From NCBI GenBank assembly GCA_013239625.1, contig MU054220.1, positions 434,001 through 484,117 on the forward strand: DNA of 50,117 nucleotides. Direction: 5' to 3'. The stretch comes from Lama guanicoe (Eukaryota). The translations under genes were made by a program, and so were the position numbers. Positions 35,269 through 47,379 of the stretch are shown here, one piece after another; the first letter of the stretch is position 1, and every line of letters begins with the position of its first letter. The notes under the pieces are model-generated. The model saw nothing but the letters and a program-made list of their open reading frames with translations. It ran no database searches and was not told where the DNA came from.

Positions 35269-36369
35269 AGTCCAGAAGATGTAAGCTTTCCCGTTCTCAT
35301 CTCTTTCAATTCTTGGTGCTATGACTAATTGGTACTATTTTTAAACCCTTAGATTATTTTTAAAAATCTAAGGAAGAGATCATGGTCCAAAATGGACAGC
35401 AACACACGTGCAGGTACAATTCAGGACACAAAAGGGCAGCTCAGCCATTTTCCCTGCCCTTCCTCGTGGCCCTGTTGGTGTTAACTCACCAGGGACTATC
35501 TTTCGATACGTTGTCTGTTTCCCCTTTGCTCTCTCATTATCACCTGACTCCTGGTGCTCTTTTCTGTCTAACCTCACGGTACCCAAGGCTCAGACAACTT
35601 CCCTGCAGGGCCGCTAGCCAGCACTGTGGGCGTGCCAATCTCTCCTTTCCTTGATGGCACTGTGGCTGCTATGACAGTCTTTTGACTCTGAAAACTTCGA
35701 CTTCTCCCCATTAACTAATTTATCAAATTTAAAGTTCTCTGCTCAGTTTATCTAAACCCTCATCCTAGCTATATTTCCCAATTTTCAAACTTTTAAAAAT
35801 TATGCCAGTGTTCTCAGCTTATAATGTATAATGCATGCTCACTTATCCTTCGGCTGATTTGATTTTTCTTCTCTTTTCCCTGGAATGGCCTCTTTTTCTT
35901 GAGTATTGATGCAGCAGTTGCAATATATAAGGCATTCAGTGAAAATTACCATCCTGAACAGAAACTGTCCCTTTCACTCCAGCAGCATTTTCCATACTCT
36001 TGGTATACCTGCAGATATCACCATCAGAAAAATTGAAAGTATATGATACATAGTGTCCACTATTACTTTATGCATGTTATTTTTATTTCTACACAATTTG
36101 GAAATGTTGAGGACATTCTCAGACATTATAATATCATTTAAAAAAATTCATTTTGGCTGTACTATGCTAGGCACATGGTGGATATTCTCAACGCAGAAGT
36201 CAGGACGACACCCCAGGGGAGGGAGAAGAGACTGAAGCTCAGCCAGCCACGTGAGCTTCAGGAAGAGGGACACAGGAGACATCATTAAGGCTGACCAAGA
36301 GTGATCCTTGCCTTAGTGGCAGGATCTTAATGCTTCCCGTATGAGTACGAGATAGATAACCCAACCTGG

Positions 36370-36805
36370 AACCAGCTCACCTGAAGATTCTGTTAACAGT
36401 CTCCAGGGAAGTGACCACTCAGAATTCAAACATCATGTAAAGCATTAAGAAGTTGGTCAACACAGCAGAAATCCACAAATAATGAAAATTAATGTGACTA
36501 GAATATATTTCTTTCTTGATATCCAGAAAAAAACTCAGAGAAAAGGAGAAAGAGAGAGACAAAGATTGGAAGCTGAATCTGACTCCTGTGAACAAAGTGC
36601 AGGGCTTATGTGTGACTCTGCGAGCTTGGGGGTTGAGACCCCAGAGAATATTTCCTGAACGATTGCTCTTCACATCACAAACTCAGAAATAAGATGGAAC
36701 ACTCTTCCATGCAGTAATTAACAAGGATGTAGTTTCTTCTAAGTCCCTGGAGACAGTGCCTCATCTAGCTTAGCTCATGAATTCCTTTAAAAGAATTAAT
36801 TATAG
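36370..36805 (-). promoter_or_regulatory. Candidate first exon/promoter of the 32752-33693 OR gene (second copy ~38694-39129)
   Basis: Donor CAG|GTGAG at ~36380; O/E-like TCTCCAGGGAA (~36400), ACCCCAGAGAA (~36638) and GTCCCTGGAGA (~36743); homeodomain TAATTAA (~36715) and AATTAATTA (~36794). Confidence 0.5.
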
Positions 36806-37258
36806 AAAAATACACACATTGAATTAGAAAACAAGGTGACTACAGCAAAACCCAAGAGGAAAGTTAAGTCAGCTAACACCAGCAGCCGTTCAGAGATGAT
36901 TATTATTACATCTGCTACGTGATTTCTCCATCCTTTTCTGGGCATAATGGGCACGTGTTTTGAGATGTGTAAACAACACAACTTGGGTTCCGGCTTTTTT
37001 GCTTAACATAAATAATTACTGTTGTCTTTGGAAACAGTGATCTACTTTATTGAAACTAAATGGTGTCTTCTAAATATGGGCAATCCACACTTTCAAGCTT
37101 ATGTTAGCACAATTAAATAATATAATCTCTTAAAAATAGCAAATGCATTTTGGAAACATATTTAACTCAATCCACTATTTCCACTACCCCTAAATGCCAC
37201 CATCTATACTTTCCCCAGGCCCCTGACTAACTCTTGCCCAACTCTACCAGGAAGCCCT

Positions 37259-39583
37259 ACCTGGTTGAGATAGGAACTATTTTCTCCTTCACAGCCTTAT
37301 GGTATTTTTGACACCCAAAAAATGTATTTTCTAAGGGAATGGGCAGGAAAGTGCAAAGAACTAATGACAGACCACATGATGAAAGAAGTGTGGGCTTGGA
37401 AACATAGATTTGATTCAGTTCCAGGCTTTGTCATTTACTGTGTGATTGCTGGTGAATTACTGGAATTTCCTGAGCCTCAATTTCTTTATCCATAGTAATG
37501 ACACAATAATACATATTTCATAGNNNNNNNNNNNNNNNNNNNNNNNNNNNNNNNNNNNNNNNNNNNNNNNNNNNNNNNNNNNNNNNNNNNNNNNNNNNNN
37601 NNNNNNNNNNNNNNNNNNNNNNNNNNNNNNNNNNNNNNNNNNNNNNNNNNNNNNNNNNNNNNNNNNNNNNNNNNNNNNNNNNNNNNNNNNNNNNNNNNNN
37701 NNNNNNNNNNNNNNNNNNNNNNNNNNNNNNNNNNNNNNNNNNNNNNNNNNNNNNNNNNNNNNNNNNNNNNNNNNNNNNNNNNNNNNNNNNNNNNNNNNNN
37801 NNNNNNNNNNNNNNNNNNNNNNNNNNNNNNNNNNNNNNNNNNNNNNNNNNNNNNNCTCTCATTATACCTGACTCCTGGTGCTCTTTTCTGTCTAACCTCA
37901 CGGTACCCAAGGCTCAGACAACTTCCCTGCAGGGCCGCTAGCCAGCACTGTGAGCGTGCCAATCTCTCCTTTCCTTGATGGCACTGTGGCTGCTGTGACA
38001 GTCTTTTGACTCTGAAAACTTTGACTTCTCCCCATTAACTAATTTATCAAATTTAAAGTTCTCTGCTCAGTTTATCTAAACCCTCATCCTAGCTATATTT
38101 CCCAATTTTCAAACTTTTAAAAATTATGCCAGTGTTCTCAGCTTATAATGTATAATGCATGCTCACTTATCCTTCGGCTGATTTGATTTTTCTTCTCTTT
38201 TCCCTGGAATGGCCTCTTTTTCTTGAGTATTGATGCAGCAGTTGCAATATATAAGGCATTCAGTGAAAATTACCATCCTGAACAGAAACTGTCCCTTTCA
38301 CTCCAGCAGCATTTTCCATACTCTTGGTATACCTGCAGATATCACCATCAGAAAAATTGAAAGTATATGATACATAGTGTCCACTATTACTTTATGCATG
38401 TTATTTTTATTTCTACACAATTTGGAAATGTTGAGGACATTCTCAGACATTATAATATCATTTAAAAAAATTCATTTTGGCTGTACTATGCTAGGCACAT
38501 GGTGGATATTCTCAACGCAGAAGTCAGGACGACACCCCAGGGGAGGGAGAAGAGACTGAAGCTCAGCCAGCCACGTGAGCTTCAGGAAGAGGGACACAGG
38601 AGACATCATTAAGGCTGACCAAGAGTGATCCTTGCCTTAGTGGCAGGATCTTAATGCTTCCCGTATGAGTACGAGATAGATAACCCAACCTGGAACCAGC
38701 TCACCTGAAGATTCTGTTAACAGTCTCCAGGGAAGTGACCACTCAGAATTCAAACATCATGTAAAGCATTAAGAAGTTGGTCAACACAGCAGAAATCCAC
38801 AAATAATGAAAATTAATGTGACTAGAATATATTTCTTTCTTGATATCCAGAAAAAAACTCAGAGAAAAGGAGAAAGAGAGAGACAAAGATTGGAAGCTGA
38901 ATCTGACTCCTGTGAACAAAGTGCAGGGCTTATGTGTGACTCTGCGAGCTTGGGGGTTGAGACCCCAGAGAATATTTCCTGAACGATTGCTCTTCACATC
39001 ACAAACTCAGAAATAAGATGGAACACTCTTCCATGCAGTAATTAACAAGGATGTAGTTTCTTCTAAGTCCCTGGAGACAGTGCCTCATCTAGCTTAGCTC
39101 ATGAATTCCTTTAAAAGAATTAATTATAGAAAAATACACACATTGAATTAGAAAACAAGGTGACTACAGCAAAACCCAAGAGGAAAGTTAAGTCAGCTAA
39201 CACCAGCAGCCGTTCAGAGATGATTATTATTACATCTGCTACGTGATTTCTCCGTCCTTTTCTGGGCATAATGGGCACGTGTTTTGAGATGTGTAAACAA
39301 CACAACTTGGGTTCCGGCTTTTTTGCTTAACATAAATAATTACTGTTGTCTTTGGAAACAGTGATCTACTTTATTGAAACTAAATGGTGTCTTCTAAATA
39401 TGGGCAATCCACACTTTCAAGCTTATGTTAGCACAATTAAATAATATAATCTCTTAAAAATAGCAAATGCATTTTGGAAACATATTTAACTCAATCCACT
39501 ATTTCCACTACCCCTAAATGCCACCATCTATACTTTCCCCAGGCCCCTGACTAACTCTTGCCCAACTCTACCAGGAAGCCCTA
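37259..39583. repeat. Copy 2 of the tandem duplication (contains the assembly gap)
   Basis: Colinear with 34941-37259 and differs at only a handful of positions. Confidence 0.95.
37524..37855. other. Assembly gap (332 N)
   Basis: Run of N. The corresponding segment in copy 1 (35206-35530) is 325 nt. Confidence 1.
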
Positions 39584-39782
39584 ACACAACGGAGGCTGTA
39601 TATCACCAGGCGTAGCGTTATGTATTGAACACAGCACAGCCTTAGTCCTGTATCCCACAGGGCTGCGTGGTTACCCTTTTGCTGGAATAGGCTTGAGTTC
39701 CACAGTGCGTCTTCCCCCATCCCCGGCACATCTGCATCCTGGACCAGCCCCGGAGCCCACTTCTGCACTCAAAGCTAGCTTC

Positions 39783-39847
39783 TGTTATGTCAGCTCTCTG
39801 TGCTGCGTAACAAATTACCACCAGCTTACAGGCTTACATTAATACAC
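39783..39847 (-). mobile_element. MLT1 LTR terminal fragment (continues at ~40351-40380 beyond an L1 insertion)
   Basis: TGCTGCGTAACAAATTACCACCAGCTTACAGGCTTA...AATACAC|ATTCTTATATCAGAGTTTCTGTAG follows the MLT1 end once the insertion is removed. Confidence 0.7.
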
Positions 39848-40350
39848 TTTTTTTTTTCAGTTTGGTCCAGCTTTATTCATGTAACAAAAACATTTCTGAA
39901 CACATACTGTGTGCCAGGCGCTAGGTGAAGACCTGGAGAAACCCAAGGATCTGTCGCTCTGGGCTCTTGTATGTTCAGTGCCAGGTCTCAGTTCTCTCCA
40001 CTGGGGCTCTTCCTCTCACCCGACTCCCTGAGAAGTGTGCGTCTCCTCTTGGCTGCTTTCCTTTTTTTTTAATTGAAGTGTAATTCTTTACAATGTTGTG
40101 ATAATTTCTGATGTACAGCATAGTGATTCTGTATGTTATACACATACATATATACATTCTTTTCCATTATATGCTATTACAAGATATTAAATAGAGTTCC
40201 CTGTGCTGTACAGTAGGATTTCGTTGTTCATCTATTTTAGGTATAGCAGCGTCTACAAATCCTGAACTCCCGCTTTCTCGCTCCACCCCCACCTTTCACC
40301 ACCAGTAACCATAAGTTTGTTTTCTAAGTCTGTGAGTCCGTTTCTGTTTG
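39848..40350 (-). mobile_element. 5'-truncated L1 3' UTR carrying a ~200 nt 3' transduction
   Basis: Poly-T 39848-39857, TTTATT 39872-39877, non-L1 segment to 40061, second poly-T 40062-40070, L1 3' UTR 40071-40350, TSD AATACAC at 39841 and 40351. Confidence 0.8.
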
Positions 40351-40394
40351 AATACACATTCTTATATCAGAGTTTCTGTAGCATAGTAGGCGGC

Positions 40395-41215
40395 ACGTTG
40401 CTGAGTTGTATGGGAAGAAGTTGTTGAGTGGAAGTGTTTGCAACTTTATAAGACACTGCTAAACTGTTTTCAAAGTCTTTCACCCTTTTACTTGCAGCTG
40501 AAATGCACGAGCATTCTGCTTGCCCAATAGGTCCACCGCTGATATTTGAAACTCTTACTCATTTTAGCCCTTCTGATCGACTGCAGAAGTATCTCACTCT
40601 GGTTTTAGTTCTAGTTTTAATAAGAGTTTCACTGATGACTAAGGATGCTTAGAATCTTTTCATGTGATTATAGATGACTTGGATATTTTGTTTTGTCAAA
40701 TGTCTGCTCTAATATCTCACCAACTCATTAACTACATCATTTTTCTTCTTGTTTTGCATATAGAATTCCTTATGTTCTACATACAAATCCTTTATCAAAC
40801 ATATATATTATAAACACGTACACAGTCTGTGGTCTAGATTTTCATTTTATTAATGGTGTCATTTATTCTTAAGAAACTTTTATCACAAGTTTTTAATGGT
40901 AATAAAGTTTCTTTTTTCATTTTTTAATGATCCATCCTTTTTCTTTAATTGAAGTATAGTCGGTTTACAATGTCATGTTAATTTCTGGTGTCCCGCGTAG
41001 TGAAGTAAAACATAAAAAGGATAGATCATTATGAAGTAAAGGTAAAGACTCATTTATCCATGTGGATATCCAGTAATCTCAGCATTGGTTGTTGAAAATG
41101 ATCATTTCTCTATTGAACTATCATGGCATGTTTTTTGGAAATTAAAAGACCAGATATGCTTGATTCCATTCTGGGACCCTATTATTGTAATATTTCACTG
41201 CCTTGATTACTCAAA
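40395..41215 (-). mobile_element. Decayed old L1 fragments with a short younger L1 3' tip at ~40938-41003
   Basis: AGTATCTCACTCTGGTTTTA...TTCACTGATGACTAAGGATG...TTTTCATGTG and TTTAATTGAAGTATAGTCGGTTTACAATG. Confidence 0.6.
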
Positions 41216-41781
41216 AAAATTTAGAATAAAATTAATATATGAATTTAAGTAAGGCAAAACAATATTTAATTTTGTTTGCTACTCAGCAGGCTATAAGTTT
41301 AATGAATAAACATGAACTTCTACCATCTATTATACAATGAGTAACAAATGATTCATTACAAGCCACAGGAAGCTGAAACATTTGTCAAAACCATCTCTGG
41401 AGTATGAGTTTCCTGATCACAGTTCTGGGGGATCGTCTCAGTCCAGCATATATCAGATGAGCTGGGAATCAGTTTTGCTTTGGAAACACCCACATACAAT
41501 TACACTATATATGGTAAAGCATTTTAAAATAATTTACAAATATTTCAAAAGACAGTCAAATAATGTTGTTTCCAGTTTGTCATGTGCTTTACAACTATTC
41601 CACTAAACATTGATGTATGCTACAATCAATAATCAATAATTGATAAAATGTTGTGCTGTCATAGATAAACTAAAAGCCTGTTGATTAAAAGATTTGAATT
41701 ATCTGTCCCACTATGAGAGCTGAACAATCTGCAGCATAGTAAATCATTTTTTTCAGAAGTAAAATAATGAATCTCACAATA

Positions 41782-42732
41782 TTATCTTGAGTGACAAAGC
41801 AATTTTGTGAAAACTAATTTTCTAAAAGTGTTTTTTACGTCTTTGTTCCTAAGGCTGTAGATCAAGGGGTTCAGCATGGGGATCACCACCGTGTAAAACA
41901 CAGAAGCCACTTTAACTGTGAGCCGAGAAGATTTAGGATTAGGGATACAGTGAAGAAAAAGGATGGTCCCATGGAAGATGGTGATGGCTGTCAGGTGGGA
42001 GCCACAGGTGGAGAAGGCTTTCCGGCGTCCACTTGCAGAAGGCATCCTCATAACAGTGATAAAAATGAGTATATAGGACGTCAGAATAATCATCAGACTG
42101 CTCGCCTCATTGAATACGGCAATAATAAAACATAGCATCTGACTGATACAGGGATCTGAGCAGGAGACAGAAGCAATCACAGAGTGGTCACAGATAAAGT
42201 TATTTATGATACTAGACTCACAATAGGATAATGCAAGAAGAAAATACGTAAGTGTCAGGGAACACACTATGCCCCATGAGTAAGACCCAGCCACCAGCAG
42301 AGCACAAAGACTCCGAGACATAGCCGTGGTGTAGAGCAACGGGCTACAGACTGCCACAAAACGGTCATAGGCCATTGCTGCTAACATGAACGTTTCTGTT
42401 ACTCCAAATATGCAAGCAAAATAAAATTGCATAATGCAGGCAGAGACAGAGATGGTTCTGTCTTCCACAATCAAGTTCTCCAACAATTTAGGTGTTACTA
42501 CGGTGGAGTAACAGAAATCTACAAAGGACAAGTGACTGAGGAAAAAGTACATGATCGTGTGGAGATTGGAGCTGATATTGACGATCAGAATCATGCCCAG
42601 GTTCCCCACCACGGTGACTGTGTAGACAGACAAGAAAACCAGGAAGAGCGGAACCCGGAGTTCCGGATATTCTGAGAAACCCAGGAGAATAAACGTGGGT
42701 ATGATACTCTGATTTCCTTCCAATAACACCAT
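41782..42732 (-). CDS. OR5D13: Olfactory receptor OR5D13-like (316 aa from MVLLEGNQS, intact)
   Basis: NQS sequon, [57 protein letters not shown] and PNPK match human OR5D13 as recalled. The ORF-track start at 42756 is a TTG. Confidence 0.92.
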   Translation of the reverse strand: MVLLEGNQSIIPTFILLGFSEYPELRVPLFLVFLSVYTVTVVGNLGMILIVNISSNLHTIMYFFLSHLSFVDFCYSTVVTPKLLENLIVEDRTISVSACIMQFYFACIFGVTETFMLAAMAYDRFVAVCSPLLYTTAMSRSLCALLVAGSYSWGIVCSLTLTYFLLALSYCESSIINNFICDHSVIASVSCSDPCISQMLCFIIAVFNEASSLMIILTSYILIFITVMRMPSASGRRKAFSTCGSHLTAITIFHGTILFLHCIPNPKSSRLTVKVASVFYTVVIPMLNPLIYSLRNKDVKNTFRKLVFTKLLCHSR

Positions 42733-42843
42733 GATTCCTGTTGAATAAAGAACCAAAAAGCATTCCTTAAAAACTAGAACTAAACAGACAGGAGAAACAG
42801 AGAAGAAAGAAGCTTCCTATGTCATTGTGACGTTGGTGGAGAA

Positions 42844-43027
42844 CAGTGACTCTCCACGCATGGTCCTCAACCAGCCGCAGCAGGAGCATCTGAACGTTTG
42901 TGAGGAATGAAAACTCTCTAGCCCCATCACTGACTTCTGAAATCAGAAACTCTGGAATGGAGTCCACAATTTGTGATTTAACCAGGCCCACAGGTGACTT
43001 TGATGTATGCCAATTATGAGAACCACT
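42844..43027. mobile_element. MER5A hAT-Charlie MITE, near full length
   Basis: Terminal inverted repeats CAGTGACTCTC...GAGAACCACTG, internal GAAATCAGAAACTCTGG and CAGGTGACTTTGATG, length ~185 nt. Confidence 0.88.
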
Positions 43028-45065
43028 GGTAGAGAAAATATACAGTAATCGTCCTATTGTTTAAAATTCAGTCCTTGTTAATATTTTAAAATAGAGCTGA
43101 AATATACATTCAGAGCACAAAAGAAACTCTAAAACTCAAGAGCAAGAAAGGTAAAACAGAAGCAGAGAGCACCTTGTTACGGGTTCGAATAATTATACTA
43201 AGGGTCAAGGAGATTGCTTGGCTTTGCAAATGGTGCCACACAAGTCTTGGTACTAATTGTTTTTATGTTTTTGATGTTTTGTAGGAATAAAGAAACATCC
43301 ATAGACTGTATGAGTTGGAATACATCTTAAATTGTATCTAGTCTATGCCTTCCATCTAATGCCTGAGAATTCATTACAGAAACTTATCCATGAAACAATG
43401 ATGTAGCGTCCATCAAAACCTTCTTTTATGGTACACTGCCTCCTGGGATAATTTTGTAGGTCTTTTATTCACATTTCATTTAACATCTATCATTCTATTA
43501 ATTCCATGTAATTAATTAAAGTACATTAATTATTCATGTGGTTTCTGGTCATCCATTCTGACATGTATTTTTAAATTATAAATATATAAATATATCATAT
43601 AAATTATAGATACATACATATGTTGAGAAGCAGAACAGATGCATATTATATTCACCAACAATAATTTCATGTATGTTCTAAGATACAATGAGAATTACAC
43701 ATTTTCCTGACCAATAAGAAGTTAACCTTCTGTTGTTATGAGGCAGAGGGGAAGTGAGAACAGGAAGCCCGTGAAATGAGTGGCCCCAAGGCACACACAC
43801 AGAGCTGCAGCAAAGGTAGTTGGATGCACTGCTTCGTCTTCTGAGCTTCGTCTGGATCACGTGTCAGACTCCAGACTCGGCTCCGTGAACTCCCGCTTAA
43901 CACGCAGCGCAAACAACCCCCGACCTAAAGCCTGTGTCATCAGCCTAGTCTTTCCCGCAGCAGGTGGGCCTGGAAAGATGCACTGCAAATCTCCATTACT
44001 GCTCAGGCTGCTTCAATAAAGGAGTCCCGTCCAACATTCGAAAATATTATCAAAACCTCGGTATGTCAGGGAGATCGGTACTACTCTTCTCGTTTACTGG
44101 CACAATTTTTACGTAACAAAAGATACTCAGATAACGACGTGGAATTCAACCCTAGCAAGGTCAAATGCTTTTGGTGACAATCAGTGATTTAGGATTTGAC
44201 TTGTACTCAACTTGGCCTATGGGATTTCAAAATCAACAGATATCCTATAAATCTTTTGCAACTTCTCTGTTGCTCGCGGCTGCCAGTTTCTATAATACAA
44301 AATTTAATTATCAAAGACAGTTGATGCCCAGTTAGTGAAAATTAAAATGTCTCTGAGCATAAAAAAGGGGTCATCTGTAATTTTTCAGATAATCTGTATG
44401 AGCTGGAGCTCCATCTTTGCCTTCTAAATTGAAAGATACCAAAAGAAATGTGAACTGACCTGGAACCAAGAGTTCTTGGTTACTTTACCGAGGATTTCTT
44501 TTTATGATTCATAAACCTCAGGTACTTTTCTTCTCCGTAGTCACATATTCTTTAAGATAGCCACAGGTTTGGGGCTTGTAATAAAAATAGCAGTAAATTT
44601 CAGTGAGTATGCCGGTAAACTGGCACTCTATTTCCAGGACATAAATGTCAAGGAATACAAAGAAAATACTGAAATTGACTTCACAGTCTAAACTGCCAAA
44701 CTTTGAGCTTTATATTTGCCTCCATGACTATAAAGACATAAACTACAGAGAATTGTAATTGGAGTATTACTCAGTGGACCGCAAACCATATAATTACTTG
44801 AAACACTGTCTCTTGTGTCATTTGGCAGACGCATTTTCTTTTAAGTCATTAGAGATAACGACACCATCACATCTACTCCATTGATTACCTTAATATGTTG
44901 AATTATTGAAACAATACATATTCATTGATGTAAACATGAACTATAGAATTTGAAATAAGGAAAAAAGATCCATCTAAAAATAATTGTTAATTATTCAACT
45001 GCATTTCAAATCCCACACTCCAGTTTATAGAGTAGAGATACGTGGTCACAACTGCCTTAAGCAAA

Positions 45066-46375
45066 AGATAAAGGTGACCATCACCAGTGCTGCAATGTGG
45101 ATATCATTTACCTTGATATGATCTGATGAGAAAAATTCACCTCTGCGGTATTACTACCCCAAAACCCATAATCCCAGGTTAATATGAAAAAATCATTAGG
45201 CAAACCCATACATGGAAGCACTCTGCAGGACACCTCACCAGTGCTCCCTCAAATTGTCAAAGTCAAGAAAAACAAGAAGAGAGTAAAGACGTGTTACAGA
45301 CCTGAGGATTTGGGGGAGACATGATATGGTATCCTGGCTTGGATCCCAGAGGAGAAAGAGGACATTAATGGAAAAACAAATTGATTGAATCCAAATGAAA
45401 TGTACATTTTAGTGATCATAATGGTTCATTATTTTTAATTTTATTTGACTGTGGTAAGAACACTTAACATGAGATCTACTCTCAAGATATGTTTTAAGTG
45501 CACAGTATTTGTCCTTCTCTGACTGGCTTATTTCACTGAGCATAATGTCTTCAAGTCTCATCCATGTGGCCGCACATTGCAGAATTTCCACATTTTTGAG
45601 ACTAAATTGTACTCCATTGTTTATATGTGCTACATTTTCTTTATCCATGTATCTCTCCATAGACATTCAGGTTGTTTCCACGTCTATTGTGAACAGTTCT
45701 GCAGGGAACGTGAGAAAGCCAACATCCTTGAAATCTTGATTTCAATTCTTGTGAATAATGATCCAGAAGCAGGATTACTGGTCGCATATAATTCGATTTT
45801 TAATTTTGCCGAGAATCTCCATACTGTTTTCCACAGCAGCTGAACCATTCTGCATTCCTACCAACAGGGTACAAGAATTCCACTTTCTCCATATCCATAT
45901 TCTTGCCAACACTTGCTTTTTGTATTTTTCGGTAATAGCTACCCTGATAGATGTGAGGTGAAATCTCACTATAATTTGGATTTGCATTTCCCTGATGATT
46001 AGTGACATTGAACATTTTTTTGACATATACCGATTGGCTATTTGTATATCTTCCTAGACAAAATGTCTATATCAGCTCCTTAGCTAAACATTTAATTGGG
46101 CTATTAATCTTGTTTTTACTGTTGAGTTACATGAGCTCTTTATTTATGTATTGGAGATTAATTCTTTATTGAATATATGGTGTGCAAATATTTTCTCCCA
46201 TTTTGTTGTCTTTTCATCCTGTTATTGTTTCCTCAGCTGTGTCGATGCTTTTGATGAATGAATGATGGTAATTGTGTGAGATGTTAATGTGGATAATTGA
46301 GTGAGGTGTGATGGAAACTCTCTGAAACATCTTTGCAACTTATTTTCCAAGATAAAATTATTACAAATGTTACAA
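45066..46375 (+). mobile_element. Old L1MC/MD 3' UTR (45066-45425 and 46246-46375) interrupted by an antisense L1MA
   Basis: Similar to 6285-6660. It resumes after the insert with GATGTTAATG...GGAAACTCTCTG...CTTTGCAACTT...TAAAATTATT. Confidence 0.72.
45428..46245 (-). mobile_element. L1MA-type LINE 3' fragment
   Basis: ORFs 45775-46026 ([23 protein letters not shown]) and 45409-45666 (AATWMRLEDIMLSEISQSEKDKY). Confidence 0.88.
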
Positions 46376-47379
46376 TTATGTTTAAATGCCATCATTCCCA
46401 TGAACAGTCCCATTTTATTGTGTCTCCACCCCACAAGCAGCTCTGCTCATGCCGGAACACCGTGGCCTCTGGACTGAAATAGTGCAAATGGAATAGGTAG
46501 CCTCTTAACAGCCACGTCTGACCCCACTTTGAATCATTCTGCTGCACCACCTATCAGGCTTTTCTTTTCAGTGTCTCTGGCTGGGAATGTGCTGGGACTG
46601 GGGGCGTGGTTGGGAGTAATAACCCACATTTTTTGAACTCATTACTAAGTAAGAACTCATCTAGCGAACTCACACTTACATACTATTTCCTAATAATATT
46701 TCCTAATAATATAAATACACAGGTTTCACAAAGAAGTAAACAAGACACAAAAATCTAATTCCCTAGGCCAGAAAATTGTTATGTAGAAAAGTCAGGCTTC
46801 AAAGACTCAGGAAGAAATTGCGATCATAATTTTTAGCCTCTGACTTAATTTGTGAGAAAAAAAAAGAAAAAGAAAAGCCACTCTCAAAAAATTTTCTATT
46901 ACAGAAAATAATTTTTCAATTGAAAATTTTCCTGTGCAACTGAAAATTTTCTTATTTTTCAGTGAATTTGAATACTAAGCAAAAATTTTCCCTGAATTGA
47001 ATAGTAAGACACTCTTACCATTTTGTTTTAAAAGTCAAGTATAATTTCAATGACAAAAATTAACAAGGGCAGTACAATAAATTATCGCAGAACGATTTTT
47101 CTTATTAACAGAATTTTAGGTTATAAATAAAATATGGCATATGAAACTAATCAATTAATAGAAAGGATACTCTATTATATAACATTGATGGCAGTTTTCT
47201 CAGAAAAAACCCACTTTGCTTAATATTAGAAAATTTTTAAATGTAAGTTGTCACATTAAAATATTAAAGGACCTAAAATGAAGAAACCATAGCTTGATGA
47301 ATTTCAACATCCAGTGACCAAAAAGCAGAACAAAACAAAAACACACACAACAAAAAGAAAATACATGAGGGAACTAATC

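Larger units (their letters stand above)
34941..37259. repeat. Copy 1 of a ~2.32 kb near-identical tandem duplication
   Basis: ACCTGGTTGAGATAGGAACT at 34941 and 37259, and GAAGCCCTA ending at 37259 and 39583. Identical short ORFs are offset by 2324 nt. Confidence 0.95.

Noticed and set aside
36303..36327. Hairpin GATCCTTGCC...GGCAGGATC (and TGTCACC...GGTGACA near 34653-34678) as structured RNA
   Set aside because: Too short and imperfect to exceed chance in 50 kb, with no other ncRNA hallmarks.
36464..36505. AGCAGAAATCCACAAAT (FVDFC-like on the minus strand) as a possible further OR pseudogene
   Set aside because: Only about 17 nt match, and I could not extend OR homology convincingly on either side.
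37486..37962. ORFs of 130-158 aa spanning the gap
   Set aside because: Artefacts of translating N.
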